NCBI GenBank assembly: GCA_045540755.1
Contig: JAZQHV010000082.1
Coordinates: 125,750 to 189,749, forward strand
Source of the DNA: Eubacteriales bacterium
GTDB taxonomy: Bacteria > Bacillota > Clostridia > Oscillospirales > CAG-272
DNA: 64,000 nt
Direction of reading: 5' to 3'
Shown here: positions 9,612 through 18,437 of the stretch, piece by piece
Layout of the letters: each line of letters starts with the position of its first letter
Numbering within the stretch: the first letter of the stretch is position 1
Translations under genes and position numbers: made by a program
Notes under the pieces: model-generated
What the model was told of the DNA's origin: nothing
What the model saw: the letters and a program-made list of their open reading frames with translations, nothing else
Databases searched by the model: none

Positions 9612-10499
9612 TTATACCTCAATTCCAACGTCGCGCATGGCCGCAAGCAATACCGCCTTGGTGTTCTCCTCCATGGGGGTCAGGGGCAGACGGAGGTAGT
9701 CCTCGCAAAAGCCCATTGCCGCCATCGCCGCCTTGACGGGGATGGGGTTGACCTCGGAGAAGAGTGCATCAATCAGGTAGTGGTATTTGTACTGTAGCTC
9801 TGCCGCGCCTGCAACGTCGCCCGCAAAGAAGCGGTTGCAGAGCTCCACGGTCTCTTTCGGGAGCAGATTGGAAATGACCGAGATCACGCCGCAGCCGCCG
9901 AGCGACATCAGCGGAACGATCTGGTCGTCGTTGCCGCTGTACAGATCGAGCTTGCCGTGGACAAGCGACATGGTCTCGACAATTTTTGAGATGTTGCCGT
10001 TGGCTTCCTTGATGGCAACGATGTTGGGGTGGTCGGCAAGTGCGGCGTAGGTCTTCGGCTCAATGTTCACGCCCGTGCGGGAGGGAACGTTGTACAGGAT
10101 CACGGGAACCGTGCTTTCGTCTGCGATCGCGGTGTACATCTGTACGAGACCCTTCTGCGTTGCCTTGTTGTAGTAGGGGGTAGCCACAAGGATCGCATCT
10201 GCGCCCGCTTCACAGGCATGGCGTGTCAGCTCGAGCGCGTAAGCGGTGTCGTTGGAGCCTGTGCCCGCAATGATCGGCACTCTGCCATTGGCACGTGCAA
10301 CGGCAAAGGAGATGGCAGCGCGGTGCTCCTCGTCGGTAAGGGTGGATGCCTCACCCGTGGTGCCGCAAACGACCAGTGCGTTGATGCCCTCGTCGATCTG
10401 CCAGTCGATCAGTCTGCCGAACGCCTCGTAGTCGATGCCGTTCTCGGTAAGGGGGGTGATGAGCGCGGTTGCCACGCCCTTGAATACGGTATTTTTCAT
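9612..10499 (-). CDS. dapA: 4-hydroxy-tetrahydrodipicolinate synthase
   Basis: Typical DapA sequence (GTTGE, YNVPSRTG, KEA catalytic Lys region). It sits directly downstream of the L-box. Confidence 0.95.
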   Translation of the reverse strand: MKNTVFKGVATALITPLTENGIDYEAFGRLIDWQIDEGINALVVCGTTGEASTLTDEEHRAAISFAVARANGRVPIIAGTGSNDTAYALELTRHACEAGADAILVATPYYNKATQKGLVQMYTAIADESTVPVILYNVPSRTGVNIEPKTYAALADHPNIVAIKEANGNISKIVETMSLVHGKLDLYSGNDDQIVPLMSLGGCGVISVISNLLPKETVELCNRFFAGDVAGAAELQYKYHYLIDALFSEVNPIPVKAAMAAMGFCEDYLRLPLTPMEENTKAVLLAAMRDVGIEV

Positions 10500-10520
10500 A
10501 GAGATTCCTTTCTATGGTAG

Positions 10521-10745
10521 AAAAAACAGCCGTTCCGACGGAACGGCTGTGCAGGAATACAAGCATAGATTTTGTATTGCCGATAGCCCTCCGCTTATAT
10601 AAGCGACAGTCGCACACATCTTATTATGTGCAACCAGGTCAGCAGTCTGCCTCTGCTACCTTCGGCGTCAGCCTCTTTCCCCGTGACAACGGCATGCAAA
10701 GCCTTGGCATCACGGATACTTACGACGTAACGCGCCTCTACCATT
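10521..10745 (-). promoter_or_regulatory. Lysine riboswitch (L-box) with intrinsic terminator expression platform
   Basis: The minus strand reads GGTAGAGGCGCG..AGTA..GGGGAAAGAGG..CGCCGAAGG..CCTGG..CTGTC..GGAGGGCTATCGGC, which matches the conserved L-box blocks. It is followed by a 10-bp hairpin CAGCCGTTCC-GTC-GGAACGGCTG plus a T-run (10521-10549) just before the dapA RBS. Confidence 0.85.
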
Positions 10746-10752
10746 TGTAGTG

Positions 10753-10781
10753 ATTGTAATATAATTTTCACGATTTGTCAA
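10753..10781 (-). promoter_or_regulatory. Sigma-A-type promoter for the L-box/dapA operon
   Basis: Minus strand has TTGACA, a 17-nt spacer, then TACAAT, ending about 10 nt before the riboswitch start. Confidence 0.6.
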
Positions 10782-10811
10782 CACTTTATCACAAAAAAGC
10801 GTTTGAATATA

Positions 10812-10982
10812 TTATTCTTCCTTGATATCCTCCAAAGCCATACGAACAGCGGCAATTACAAAGGCGGAAAAATTACAGTCTTTTCCTTGAATTGCCTTTT
10901 CGACCTCATCGATTACATCGTTGGGGAAACGTATGGTTTTATTGGTTGTTGTCGGAATGGACGGGATTTTGAACTTTCCCAT
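10812..10982 (-). CDS. Ribbon-helix-helix (Arc/CopG-like) small DNA-binding protein, 56 aa
   Basis: GAGGT RBS 7 nt upstream of MGKFKIP. There is a beta-strand KTIRFPND followed by two helices (VIDEVEKAI and NFSAFVIAAVRMALE). The gene lies in an AT-rich context. Confidence 0.7.
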   Translation of the reverse strand: MGKFKIPSIPTTTNKTIRFPNDVIDEVEKAIQGKDCNFSAFVIAAVRMALEDIKEE

Positions 10983-11038
10983 ATTGATTACCTCGCAATA
11001 CATTTGCCTTGCTTATAGTGTATTGCAAACTGGTTTAA

Positions 11039-11068
11039 AAATATGCATTGCATTTGCAATGCATATTT
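11039..11068. promoter_or_regulatory. 30-bp perfect palindrome (candidate operator) over the promoter of the SLOG gene
   Basis: AAATATGCATTGCA-TT-TGCAATGCATATTT has 14-bp perfect arms. Extra ATTGCA/TGCAAT half-sites occur at about 10994 and 11021. Confidence 0.6.
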
Positions 11069-11076
11069 GGTATAAT
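11048..11076 (+). promoter_or_regulatory. Extended -10 promoter
   Basis: TTGCAT (11048-11053), a 17-nt spacer, then TGgTATAAT (-10 at 11071-11076). Confidence 0.65.
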
Positions 11077-11098
11077 GGAAAACAACAAGGAGGAGAAT

Positions 11099-11591
11099 AT
11101 GGACGAAAGAATCTGTTGTTTTTCGGGGCACCGCCAAATCCAGCCGGAAGAATATGCCCGTATTTCGGATATGCTTTACAGTAGTATTCGGGAAAAAGTC
11201 AATGCGGGAGTTCGGGTGTTTTGTGCAGGCGGCGTGCTTGGGTTCGATATGCTGGCGGAAACGATCGTTTTACAGTTGAAGCACATTTTTCCCGAAATTA
11301 AACTACGGCTCGTATTGCCTTGCAAAATGCAAGCGAAGAGTTGGACTGCAGAACAAAAGGCACGTTATGAAAGGATTAAAGAAGAAAGTGACGAGGTGAT
11401 TTACGTTTCGGAAGAGTATTTCAGAGGGTGCATGCATAAACGTAATAGGGAACTTGTGGATATGAGTGACAGCCTGATTTGTTATTTGAAACAAAAAAAC
11501 GGCGGAACAGCCTATACGGTCGAATATGCGAAGAAAAAAGGGATTGCGAATCATAAATCTGGCGAAAGAAGCAACAAAAAAGACCGAGTGA
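11099..11591 (+). CDS. DUF1273 / SLOG-superfamily (YpsA-like) protein with an apparently frameshifted C-terminus. The literal ORF reads on to 12049.
   Basis: AAGGAGGAG RBS. The N-terminus MDERICCFSGHR and GG(V/A)LGFD are DUF1273 hallmarks. The literal frame runs through a terminator hairpin and 438 nt into the convergent gene. Removing one A from the A6 run at 11534-11539 gives ...YAKKKGLRIINLAKEATKKTE-stop, with the TGA (11589-11591) in the hairpin loop. Confidence 0.6.
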
Positions 11592-11606
11592 TCTCGGTCT
11601 TTTTTT
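11581..11606. terminator. Bidirectional terminator
   Basis: AGACCGAG-TGAT-CTCGGTCT hairpin with an A-run upstream and a T-run downstream. Confidence 0.8.
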
Positions 11607-11611
11607 GTGTG

Positions 11612-13633
11612 TTACCTTGCGAAATAGTCATCCTTGATCTTTTCATTTCTCTGATCAAACAGGGTCATCATACGGTAGGCACCTGCCCATGCGCAGAGGC
11701 AGTCGTTGTAATGGCCGCGCTCCTCACAGGTGGGACGGTATTTGGTCCAGCGGCAGTGGAAAAAGCCCTCGTTCTGCGATCCGAGCGGACGCTCTTGCCC
11801 GTGGAAGGTGCGCTTTTCCTCGGTGGCGATGCCCTGAATGGCGTTTGCCCACATCGCGTGCGCGCGCTTTCTCCAGCGCTCGTCACCCGTGTAGTGCGCG
11901 AGGAGCAAAAAGCCCGTGACCGCCGCGGAGCCCCAGGAGTCGATGGTGTGATGCTCGGTCGAAACGCTGGTGCCGCCTTTTGTGGAGTAGCCGTATTCGG
12001 TAAACTCGCTTTCCTTCGGATAGAGCACGTTGTAGTGGAATGCCCATGAGAAGAAGTAATACGCCGCTTTCTTGGCGCGGTCGAGGTATTTTGCATCCCC
12101 CGTTTCCTCAAAGAGGATGATCGAGGAATTGATAAACGGATATGCGGTCTCCTTGTCGATGCTCTGGCAGTCGAGTGCGCCCGCAGAGCAGACAAATTTG
12201 TCCAGATCGCGTGCAAAATAGAAATCGCTTGCCTGGATCGCGGTATCCAGATACTTCTTGTCACCTGTCACACGGTAGGTCTCGAGCAAGCCAAGTAGCA
12301 TAAAGCCGCCGATGGAGCCGCGCTCCATCACGCATTTGCCGTCTAGCGTCCACGATTTACCAAAGCCGTATGCCTCGGAGTAATTTTCACAGAAGAAGTC
12401 GCACAGCTTGACCGCAAAATCGCGGAAGTGCGGCTTGTCGATGCCGTTTTCACGGAGCAGGGTGTACATGCGCGAGAACTCCGCCGCGCCCCAGCCGAAG
12501 TTGCAGACGTCGGGCGTGGCAAAGTCGTAGGTCTCCTCCACGTAATACTGCTGAAACTGCGAGTAGAGCAGACCGTTTTCCTGTTGCTTCTCCGCCCAGC
12601 TTTCAAAGATGCCGATGGCGGTGTCGAGCATTTCGCGGTCGCCGCGCTCGATGGCGTCTGCCGCAAGCATGCGGGTGTTGAGCAGACCTTGATCCGCCCA
12701 GCCCATCTCAAAACGCTCGTCAAAGCGGCCGAGCTCGGTGTAGTATGGATCCTGCATTCTGCGTGCCATCTCCTCGCCTGTGACGGCGGCGCCGTGCTGG
12801 GAGCGGAACAGGCGGGGCGCAAAATGCGTGATGATCATCTTGTGCCCCTTGTAATCGTAGAGCAGAGCCTTGGCGAATTCAATGCCGAGATCCCATACCT
12901 TGCGCGGTGTGAGCCACGCCTCGCGGTCAAGGTCAAATACCTCTGCCGCGCAATCGAGGAGGTTTGCCGCCGCGTAGTTTTCGTACATCGGCTTGCAAAG
13001 GAATACGTACATCACCGCCGTAAAGGACTCGCCTGCGGCAAGGGTGATATACTCGTCGTAGCGCTCGGTCAGAATGTTCTTGCTGGAATAGGTGTATGGC
13101 GCCTCCACCACGGGGTGATAGATGCGCTGCGTGAAGGTACCGTCCTCGTTTTGGATCAGCGAGGCAGCGGAACGCAGCGAGCTTTCGTCACGGTCGCTTG
13201 CAAAAATGGCAACGCCGTAGTTTTTGTCTTCGCAAAGCGTGCAGGAGGGAATACCCATGCGGTCATAGGCAAAGATCCAGGGCTGACCGTCACGTGTGAG
13301 CCCTGTGGGGGTGTTCTCTCGACAGCCGTCGTTGCCGTTGTAGTTGACGCAGGGGATGAGATAGCGCGTGGGTACAAAAGCGGTCTGTACTTCGAAAATG
13401 TCGCGGAAGGTGATCTTGTCACTGCTCACGTTTTCAATGACGCGCGTCACTTTAAAAAGTCCGTCTCCCTGGTTTTTGTAGGTCTCGCGGACGTACAATT
13501 TCTTTTTGAATTTATTCTCGCTTAAGATCCTGCCGTCGGGCAGCTCGATCTTTGCATCGGGCAGAACGCAGACTGCATTGTCCGCATTTGCCGCAATGGA
13601 AAACTTGCCGTTTGAATACTGAATAGAAACCAT
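11612..13633 (-). CDS. Uncharacterised 673-aa cytoplasmic protein, beta-sandwich N-domain + (alpha/alpha)6-barrel-like C-domain (glycoside hydrolase/lyase-like)
   Basis: AGGAGG RBS before MVSIQYSNGKF and no signal peptide. The W/Y/H-rich helical repeat C-half is typical of toroid glycan-active enzymes. The family was not identified. Confidence 0.75.
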   Translation of the reverse strand: MVSIQYSNGKFSIAANADNAVCVLPDAKIELPDGRILSENKFKKKLYVRETYKNQGDGLFKVTRVIENVSSDKITFRDIFEVQTAFVPTRYLIPCVNYNGNDGCRENTPTGLTRDGQPWIFAYDRMGIPSCTLCEDKNYGVAIFASDRDESSLRSAASLIQNEDGTFTQRIYHPVVEAPYTYSSKNILTERYDEYITLAAGESFTAVMYVFLCKPMYENYAAANLLDCAAEVFDLDREAWLTPRKVWDLGIEFAKALLYDYKGHKMIITHFAPRLFRSQHGAAVTGEEMARRMQDPYYTELGRFDERFEMGWADQGLLNTRMLAADAIERGDREMLDTAIGIFESWAEKQQENGLLYSQFQQYYVEETYDFATPDVCNFGWGAAEFSRMYTLLRENGIDKPHFRDFAVKLCDFFCENYSEAYGFGKSWTLDGKCVMERGSIGGFMLLGLLETYRVTGDKKYLDTAIQASDFYFARDLDKFVCSAGALDCQSIDKETAYPFINSSIILFEETGDAKYLDRAKKAAYYFFSWAFHYNVLYPKESEFTEYGYSTKGGTSVSTEHHTIDSWGSAAVTGFLLLAHYTGDERWRKRAHAMWANAIQGIATEEKRTFHGQERPLGSQNEGFFHCRWTKYRPTCEERGHYNDCLCAWAGAYRMMTLFDQRNEKIKDDYFAR

Positions 13634-13785
13634 AGAGAAAGCCCTCCTTGTTTTATAAGGATACCATGTTTGTGCGCGAAAAGCAACGCAAAAATCAACG
13701 GAAAATAAAATATGCATTGAATTCTTGCATCACGGGGACGGATATGGTACAATATCATCGTATGCAATCGAAGGGAGGGGAACGA

Positions 13786-15888
13786 ATGAAGCTGATCATT
13801 GCCGAAAAGCCGAGTCTTGCGCGCAATATTTCGGGCGCGATCGGAAATCAGCAGAAAAAGAACGGCTATTTTGAGGGCAACGGCTATATTGTGAGCTGGG
13901 CATTCGGTCATTTGTTCTCGCTCTGCGATATCGAAGACTATCTCGAGAATCCGCCCGCGGACAACCGTTGGACGATCGAAAATCTCCCGTGCTTTCCGAA
14001 AAAGTTCCGCTTTGAACTGCGCCGCGGCGCGGACAAGCAGGTGGACAGCGGCGTGGTGCGTCAGTTTGAAACGCTGAAATTTCTCTGCAACCGTGCGGAC
14101 GTGGATGCGATCATCAACGCAGGAGACGCCGACCGCGAGGGGGAGATCATCGTGCGCCTTTGCGTGATGCACGCACTGAACGGCGAAAAGCCGTTCCTTC
14201 GTTTATGGTTACCCGACCAGACCAATGAGACCGTGCGTACCGCCCTTGCCGAGATGAAGGACGAGAGCGAGTACCAGATGCTCGCAAATGAGGGCTTTGC
14301 CCGTACTTATATCGACTGGCTGTACGGCGTAAATCTTACGCGCTATGCCACGCTGAAAACCGGAAAACTTCTCCGCGTGGGGCGTGTGATCGTGCCGATC
14401 GTCAAGGCTATCTATGACCGCGATATGGCGATCCGCAATTTTGTGCCCGAAAAGTATTTTGCTCCGCATTCTGCCGCAGAAACGAAAGGCAGTGTGGTGG
14501 AGCTGACGAGCAAACAGAAGTTTTCTGCCGCGGAGAGGGCAAAGGCAGAGGCGCTTTGCGCGGAGTACAACGCCGCAGGTGCCGTCGTTACCGCAGTCAA
14601 ACGCAAAAAGGACGCTTTGCTACCCGGTAAGCTTTACTCACTTTCCAAACTGCAGAACGTTCTCGGTAAAAAGTATAAAATGTCGATGGGCGAGAGCCTT
14701 GAGATCGTGCAGAACCTGTACGAGCGTGGCTATCTCACCTATCCGCGTACCAATTCCGAGTATCTTGCCACCGCAGAGCAGGGCAAGGTCAAAAAGATCC
14801 TTGAGGGGGTTGCCGCACTTGGCTATCCCGTGGAATTTAAGTTTAAAAAGACAATTTTCGATGACTCCAAGATCGAGTCGCACTCCGCGCTCACGCCCAC
14901 CTACAAGATCCCGAAAAAGGGAGAGCTTTCCGAGGCGGAGAACAAGGTATATTCCACCGTGTTCCGTCGCTTTGTCGCCGTGTTCTGCGCTAAGGAATGC
15001 AAAGCCGAAAAGACCGAGATCAAGATCGCGGTTGGCGACAAGGAGGAGTTCACGCTCAAGGGCACGGTTATCGTGGAGCCCGGCTGGACAAAATATGACG
15101 ACTACACGCAAAAGGACAAGGTGCTTCCACCGCTGGAAAAGGGCGATGCGGTAAACGTCGCGTTTGCCCCTGCCGAAAAAGAGACCACACCGCCGAAGCA
15201 CTATACCATTGAAACGCTTAATAACTACTTGAAGAATCCTTTCAAGGAAGAAAAAGCCGCCGCCAAAGAGGGCGTCGAGGAAAGCGACGAGGAGGATTAC
15301 AAGGCGATTTTCGAGGGTCTTGAACTCGGAACCGAGGCGACGCGCACAGGCATCATTGACAACGCGCGCAAGAGCGGGTATATTGAACTGAAAAAGGACG
15401 TATACCACATCCTGCCCGATGGAGAATTTCTCATCCGTTCGCTCTTGCAGATGGGTATTTCTATGGATAAATACAAGACAGCCGAACTTGGCAAGGCGCT
15501 CAAAAAGATCTACCATGGCACGATGGACGTGGATGGTGGCGTTGCGCTTGCAGAGCGAGAGATCGGCGAGGTCTTTACAAAAAAGACGCTCCCGCCCGAG
15601 GAAGATCTTGACGACGGATTCCTTGGCGACGATATCTGCGCCTGCCCGTTTTGCGGCGGTCGCATCCGCCGTACCAAATTCGGCTACGGTTGCAGTGCGT
15701 ACAAAGAAGGGTGCAGTTTCACGGTCAATCGCGTGATCTGCGGAAGAGTCATCTCCAAGGAGAACGTCCGTATGCTGCTCGAAACGGGGCGCACCTCCAA
15801 GATCCGCGGCTTTATCTCTAAAAGCGGCAAACCCTTTGACGCTGTGCTCCGTCTGGAGGACAAGCAGGCAAAATTTGATTTTAATTAA
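13786..15888 (+). CDS. topB: DNA topoisomerase III
   Basis: MKLIIAEKPSLARNI Toprim N-terminus, DADREGE motif, YLTYPRT active-site Tyr region, and a C-terminal CPFCGG...GCSAYKEGC zinc ribbon. GGGAGGGG RBS. Confidence 0.9.
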   Translation: MKLIIAEKPSLARNISGAIGNQQKKNGYFEGNGYIVSWAFGHLFSLCDIEDYLENPPADNRWTIENLPCFPKKFRFELRRGADKQVDSGVVRQFETLKFLCNRADVDAIINAGDADREGEIIVRLCVMHALNGEKPFLRLWLPDQTNETVRTALAEMKDESEYQMLANEGFARTYIDWLYGVNLTRYATLKTGKLLRVGRVIVPIVKAIYDRDMAIRNFVPEKYFAPHSAAETKGSVVELTSKQKFSAAERAKAEALCAEYNAAGAVVTAVKRKKDALLPGKLYSLSKLQNVLGKKYKMSMGESLEIVQNLYERGYLTYPRTNSEYLATAEQGKVKKILEGVAALGYPVEFKFKKTIFDDSKIESHSALTPTYKIPKKGELSEAENKVYSTVFRRFVAVFCAKECKAEKTEIKIAVGDKEEFTLKGTVIVEPGWTKYDDYTQKDKVLPPLEKGDAVNVAFAPAEKETTPPKHYTIETLNNYLKNPFKEEKAAAKEGVEESDEEDYKAIFEGLELGTEATRTGIIDNARKSGYIELKKDVYHILPDGEFLIRSLLQMGISMDKYKTAELGKALKKIYHGTMDVDGGVALAEREIGEVFTKKTLPPEEDLDDGFLGDDICACPFCGGRIRRTKFGYGCSAYKEGCSFTVNRVICGRVISKENVRMLLETGRTSKIRGFISKSGKPFDAVLRLEDKQAKFDFN

Positions 15889-15898
15889 GGAAAAGATT

Positions 15899-16555
15899 AT
15901 GACCTACGAACAGATCAGAAAGCATCCCGCAGTAAAGGTGTACATTGCAGAAGCCAATCGTGCGCTGGATGCCCTCGGCTATACCGAGCACGGCTTCGCC
16001 CACGTTACCAAGGTAGCGGAAATGGCAGGCGGCATTCTGGAAAAGCTCGGCTACGATGCACACACGGTAGATCTTTGCAAGATCGCAGGCTATATGCACG
16101 ACATCGGCAATATCGTCAACCGCGTGGATCATTCGCAGAGCGGTGCGGTTATGGCGTTTCGCATCCTCGACAACGAGGGGATGGACCCGCAGGATATCGC
16201 ACGCATCGTTTGTGCGATCGGCAACCACGACGAGGGCACGGGCGTGCCTGTCAGCGAGATTGCCGCGGCACTCATCATCGCCGATAAGAGCGACGTGCGC
16301 CGCAGCCGCGTACAGTGTGCCGACCACAGCACCTTTGATATTCACGATCGCGTGAATTACGCCGTACACGATACGGCGCTCGACCTCGATACCGAGCAGA
16401 AAACATTGGTACTGCGTCTGGAGATCGACCCTGCCTACGGTTCGGTCATGGACTTTTTCGAGATCTTCCATTCCCGCATGATCATGTGTAAAAAGGCGGC
16501 GGCAGCCCTCGGGCTTTCTTTTGGTATCACCATAAACGGACAGGCTATGCTTTAA
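15899..16555 (+). CDS. HD-domain metal-dependent phosphohydrolase
   Basis: H...HD motif (AGYMHDIGN) and GNHDEG. The gene starts 10 nt after the topB stop. Confidence 0.8.
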   Translation: MTYEQIRKHPAVKVYIAEANRALDALGYTEHGFAHVTKVAEMAGGILEKLGYDAHTVDLCKIAGYMHDIGNIVNRVDHSQSGAVMAFRILDNEGMDPQDIARIVCAIGNHDEGTGVPVSEIAAALIIADKSDVRRSRVQCADHSTFDIHDRVNYAVHDTALDLDTEQKTLVLRLEIDPAYGSVMDFFEIFHSRMIMCKKAAAALGLSFGITINGQAML

Positions 16556-16670
16556 AATTTCGTAAAATATTTACAATTGCACAGATCTTTTCCATATGGT
16601 AAAATAAATGTAAATAAAGTAAGGAAACTGTAAAAAATACTTGTGACTACGGAGAAAAAGGAGATAGTAC

Positions 16671-18437
16671 ATGAGCATATTTGACATGTTTACGTTGCTT
16701 GGAGGCCTTGCACTGTTCCTCTACGGCATGAAAGTCATGGGTGACGCCCTCGAAAAGAGTGCGGGCCGCCAACTCAAAAACATTCTTGCAAAACTGACCT
16801 CCAACACCTTTAACGGCTTTTTGCTCGGTCTCGGCGTTACGCTGATCATCCAGTCCTCGTCGGCAACGACGGTCATGGTCGTCGGCTTCGTCAATGCGGG
16901 CATTATGACGTTGCGACAGGCAACGGGTGTTATCATGGGCGCAAACCTTGGCACCTCGGCGACCGCATGGTTGCTCAGTACCACGGCAATTCAGGGCGGC
17001 GGTATTCTGGAATTCTTCAAGCCCTCGACGTTCTCGCCGTTGCTTGCCTTTGTCGGCATTCTGTTGCTGATGTTCCAGAACAATGCCAAGCGCAAGGACG
17101 TCGGTCTGATCCTGCTTGGTTTTGCCGTGCTGATGACGGGCATGGAGCTGATGAGCGGCTCGGTTGCCGGACTCAAAGAGTCGGAGGCGTTTACCTCTGT
17201 GCTCACTCGCTTCTCCAATCCGATCCTCGGCATCATCGTCGGTGCGGTCTTTACGGCGGTCATTCAGTCGTCTTCGGCATCGGTTGGTGTTCTGCAGGCG
17301 CTCGCAGGCGCAGGACTCGTTTCGCAGGCAATTGCTATCCCCGTAATCATCGGTCAGAATATCGGTACCTGTGTCAGCGCCATGATCTCCTCGATCGGCG
17401 CGGGCAAAAACGCACGCCGCGCGGCGCTGGTACACCTCTATTTCAACATTCTTGCGGCAACGCTCGTCGGTGGCGGCTTCTTCCTCATTGATGCATTCGT
17501 ACACTTCGATATGTCGGCGGCGATCAGCCCGTTCGGCATCGCAGTTGTGCACACCGGCTTCAAGATCATCGCGCTGCTCCTCATCATGCCGATCTCCCGT
17601 CTGCTCGAAAAGGCGGCAATGCTTACCGTTCCGGATTCCAAGGACGATGCGGAGACCACCGAGCTGCTCGACGACCGTCTCCTCGCTACCCCTGCGGTTG
17701 CTATTGAAAGCGCACGCAAGGTAGCACTCGATATGGCAAAACTTTCGGTACAGTCGCTCAAGAGCTCGATCTTGCTGCTCAGCAACTTTACGCCCAAGGG
17801 CATGGAGACGATCAAGGCAGAAGAGGATAAGGTCGACAAATACGAGGACACCCTCGGCACCTATCTTGTCAAGGTCTCTTCGCAGGAGCTGACCGAGGCG
17901 GACAGCCACGAGGTCACAAAGCTCATGCACATTATCGGTGACTTTGAACGCATTTCCGACCATGCAGTCAATATTGCGGGCACCGCTGAGGAAATGTCAG
18001 AAAAGAAGGTAACGTTCTCCGACAAAGCGCAGAAGGAGATCACCGTTATGATCACCGCAGTAGATGAGATCCTCGACAACGCGTTGGATGCTTTCAGCGC
18101 AGGGGATATGAACTGCGCATTCAAGGTAGAGCCTCTTGAAGAGGTCATCGACTACCTGAACGCCAAGATCAAAAAGCGCCACGTTGCAAGACTGCAGCGC
18201 GGCGAGTGCACCATTGAGCTCGGCTTCGTGCTCAACGACCTGCTCAACAATTTGGAGCGCGTGGCAGACCATTGCTCCAACGTTGCGGGTTGTGTCATCG
18301 AGATGGAGCACGACGCGCTCGATCTGCACGATTACCTCGACAAGCTCAAGACCGAGGAAAACTCCCGCTATACCGAGCTCTACAACGATTACAAGGATAA
18401 GTACGTCCTGCCTCCGAAGGACGTTGTAAACGTATGA
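16671..18437 (+). CDS. Na/Pi-cotransporter family protein with C-terminal PhoU-like domains
   Basis: N-terminus LFLYGMKVMGDALEK with duplicated QSSSA(T/S) motifs. The helical PhoU-like C-half has repeated E..D.. motifs. AAGGAG RBS. Confidence 0.88.
   Translation: MSIFDMFTLLGGLALFLYGMKVMGDALEKSAGRQLKNILAKLTSNTFNGFLLGLGVTLIIQSSSATTVMVVGFVNAGIMTLRQATGVIMGANLGTSATAWLLSTTAIQGGGILEFFKPSTFSPLLAFVGILLLMFQNNAKRKDVGLILLGFAVLMTGMELMSGSVAGLKESEAFTSVLTRFSNPILGIIVGAVFTAVIQSSSASVGVLQALAGAGLVSQAIAIPVIIGQNIGTCVSAMISSIGAGKNARRAALVHLYFNILAATLVGGGFFLIDAFVHFDMSAAISPFGIAVVHTGFKIIALLLIMPISRLLEKAAMLTVPDSKDDAETTELLDDRLLATPAVAIESARKVALDMAKLSVQSLKSSILLLSNFTPKGMETIKAEEDKVDKYEDTLGTYLVKVSSQELTEADSHEVTKLMHIIGDFERISDHAVNIAGTAEEMSEKKVTFSDKAQKEITVMITAVDEILDNALDAFSAGDMNCAFKVEPLEEVIDYLNAKIKKRHVARLQRGECTIELGFVLNDLLNNLERVADHCSNVAGCVIEMEHDALDLHDYLDKLKTEENSRYTELYNDYKDKYVLPPKDVVNV

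Noticed and set aside
11592-12049. The read-through part of the 333-aa ORF 11048-12049.
   Set aside because: It runs through a bidirectional terminator and is antisense to the 11612-13633 gene. The sequence after residue ~150 is not DUF1273-like. It is best explained by a 1-nt indel in an A6 run (see findings).
13786-16555. topB as a marker of an integrated conjugative element.
   Set aside because: Topoisomerase III genes often travel with ICEs and plasmids. Here there is no relaxase, T4SS, integrase or replication gene nearby, the composition matches the flanks, and the neighbours are housekeeping-type genes.
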